Source: Ginkgo biloba
Taxonomy: Eukaryota; Plantae; Ginkgophyta
Length of the DNA stretch: 23,826 nucleotides
Reading direction: 5' to 3'
Assembly (NCBI GenBank): GCA_024626585.2
Contig: JANKJI020000002.1
Location: 49,969,520 to 49,993,345 of the forward strand
The notes beneath the pieces were generated by a model. That model was not told the DNA's origin. It searched no databases and was given only the letters and a program-made list of their open reading frames with translations. A program made the position numbers and the translations under genes. Below, piece by piece: positions 21,493 to 23,826 of the stretch (position 1 is the first letter of the stretch; each line of letters starts with the position of its first letter).

Positions 21493-22399
21493 CTTGGAAC
21501 AACATAATAATGATTGTATTTCATCTCTATATTTCAAACAACTCATCTTGTTGTTATTAACAAATACAAGAACACTTTGCCTCATACTCAAGGCTTATTT
21601 TACAACAATAAACTTTCATAGTACATGACCCCTCAAATCNNNNNNNNNNNNNNNNNNNNNNNNNNNNNNNNNNNNNNNNNNNNNNNNNNNNNNNNNNNNN
21701 NNNNNNNNNNNNNNNNNNNNNNNNNNNNNNNNNNNNNNNCCCACTTTATTTATACTAGGTATTAAGAAGAAAAATTTTGAAACTCTTCCATTTCTAGCAT
21801 TATTATGAAAAGAGGGTAAAATAGTGTAGGATAAAAGAAGGTAAATAGAAAAGGGGAAAATAACTCAAACATTCATCATAGAACTAGTATGAGAACATAG
21901 CCAAACTTCTAATTTTACTAATAAACATTGAGCATGCAAAGATTTAAAAACTAACCGGGGGGGAAGATAATTTATTGGTACAGGTTGACGAATCAAGAAG
22001 GCTGGAACACCATCTAATGAAGATGAAACAACAACATTAATAGATGGTTTGATCTCATTAGGGTGTGTTAGAGCATTCAAGGGATAAATCCATCTATTAC
22101 TAAGACTAGAATAATGGTACAGACTGGGCCCTCTAACTTCAATTGGAAAGATGGAGGTAGAAAAGATGAGGCTGATGTGATGACATCGCCATAACTTTCA
22201 ACCTCATTAGTAGCTATGAAATATGATAAATTAGGAAATATAGGTTTCTAGATATATTTTTAGGAAAAAAACAAAGGGACAAATTGAATGCATTACTTCA
22301 TAATTAGATGATGTTAACTAGACAAGCCATGCAAAATAATTTCATTCAAAAATATATTTTCCTATAGTATCTAAGAGCATTACCAGATGAATAAATAAG

Positions 22400-23100
22400 A
22401 AAACAAGAGTACTAATATACTAGCTTACCCACATTCAAAAAGAAAAGGTAGAGTTGTCCTAGATCTATGCACCCAAATATATGTTGGGAATTAGCCTAAT
22501 GATTGGTATAAGAGCCTTACAATTGTACTTTCATCCTTAAGGATTGGGCTTGGTCAATGCCTTCCCTTACTGGACAGAGCTAGCAATCCTTCTTCCCCAC
22601 TAAGGCAATGAGGTGCACCTTTCAATTATTTAGAACTTTCATGCATCCAGGACTTTCCGAGAAGTTTAGCAAGAAATAGGGATCCAAAGAATCAGAAACC
22701 CAAGACATTTGATAAGATAACACATGGATCCAAGCATAAAATGATAAGACTGCTGTGATATCAATTTCAAACTTGTACCTTGCAACAAAAGATTTCAAAT
22801 TTTTTTTGCCAAACGTGAGCCTCATCTTCAATATGGGAATTATTTAATGCTTCATCAATACCTAAGACTAAAAGTAGAGAAAGGATATCCTTCACACATT
22901 CATTAGAATCTAGCCTCTATGAGGTCAGTTTTTCAAGATAAGGTAGGAGGCAATCTCACCAATGTTGGTTCTTTGGACAGGCCATTGTTTTATGTGTAGG
23001 CTTCAAGGATACGGCCAACTGCTTAGAGGCTACCCTTAAATAGTTTGGCTTCTCCACTTGCTTTGTTTAGAGAATGGGAAAGGGATTGGGCATAAGTTTA
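22400..23100 (-). mobile_element. Possible highly decayed LINE ORF1 remnant
   Basis: LTFGKKNLKSFVARYKFEIDITAVLSFYAWIHVLSYQMSW loosely fits the DUF4283 C-terminal pattern (F.G...L....W...F........WI.L). TYAQSL and EGYPFSTF occur upstream. Weak. Confidence 0.3.
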
Positions 23101-23826
23101 TTATTCAAGACATAAGGCTGAAGATTATTCTTCCATGTTTGAGCTTCTATCTTCCTTTATAGAATCCCTACATACCTCCCTTGTTTGGAAGCAAACTACC
23201 TGTACAGTATTCCATTGTCAAGGCTTTTGTTGGAAATTATCTTAGAAGGGCCTTTTGTGTATTGTGAGTTGTGGGAGAATGTTCAATTACAGATTCATGT
23301 ATCATAGTTTGTTTCCTTGGCTGTAGCTTGTTTTCCAACAACGATCACTGAGGGTGATGTGACATCTGGAAGCTGATCTATACTTCAATATTATACAATT
23401 GTGATCTGTTCTGTCATTTTGAAGGATGTCTCTAAATTTTCTCAATTAGTAATGAATCACAACTGTAGTACAAAGAAGCCTTCATGGCCTTTAAAACATC
23501 ATTTGCAAAATTGCATTTAACAAGGATCTTGTATGGACCACTTCGCTGTACGGGCATAAGGGCATCATGCAAACCCTTGGATTTATCAATACAAGTGTCA
23601 TGTACCTTTTGGTTGATCATTGCTAGCCCCAAATGTCTTTTATTTTTATTTTTAAAAAAAATGAGAGGATTTTTTTCAGGTTGGCTGCAATCATTCATTT
23701 CACTTGAATATGATATTGACCTTGTTCGTCAACAAGAAAGAAATAACTAGAGGAAGTCCTTGTGTTTCTCACCTTTTTGGTGAAGACTATATCTTGATTC
23801 ATTTGTTCATAGTAGCAGCATTGCTG

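Noticed and set aside
23432-23750. Overlapping 88-aa ORFs on both strands at the window end
   Set aside because: No recognisable motif or convincing splice pair. They could be upstream parts of a minus-strand element but cannot be supported.
1-23826. CRISPR arrays, rRNA/tRNA genes, prokaryotic operons
   Set aside because: No regularly spaced repeat-spacer array or structured RNA gene was seen, and the sequence is eukaryotic with spliceosomal introns.

Overview
AT-rich eukaryotic nuclear DNA from a gapped draft assembly, most likely a large-genome land plant (gymnosperm-like architecture, which is inference). Five of the N-runs are exactly 100 nt and probably mark gaps of unknown size. Bases 1-8000 are a stack of decayed LTR retrotransposons: a minus-strand Ty3/gypsy gag, a plus-strand Athila/Tat-like pol (RT-RNaseH-integrase), a minus-strand CRM-like integrase, and a Ty1/copia RNase H with its PPT and LTR start. 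From about 9.4 to 15.6 kb, short GT-AG exons on the plus strand splice in phase into a protein ending in a clear WD40 repeat; its 4.7-kb intron holds a decayed antisense L1 LINE. From about 21.5 down to 18.7 kb, missed by the ORF track, is a decayed multi-exon minus-strand gene with mostly phase-consistent junctions. By eye, its N-terminal exons follow the motif order of prokaryote-type beta-class N4-cytosine/N6-adenine DNA methyltransferases, and they are followed by a tandem peptide repeat and a helical C-terminal region. This is the main candidate for something undescribed. All homology calls come from manual translation and motif recognition; no database search was run.
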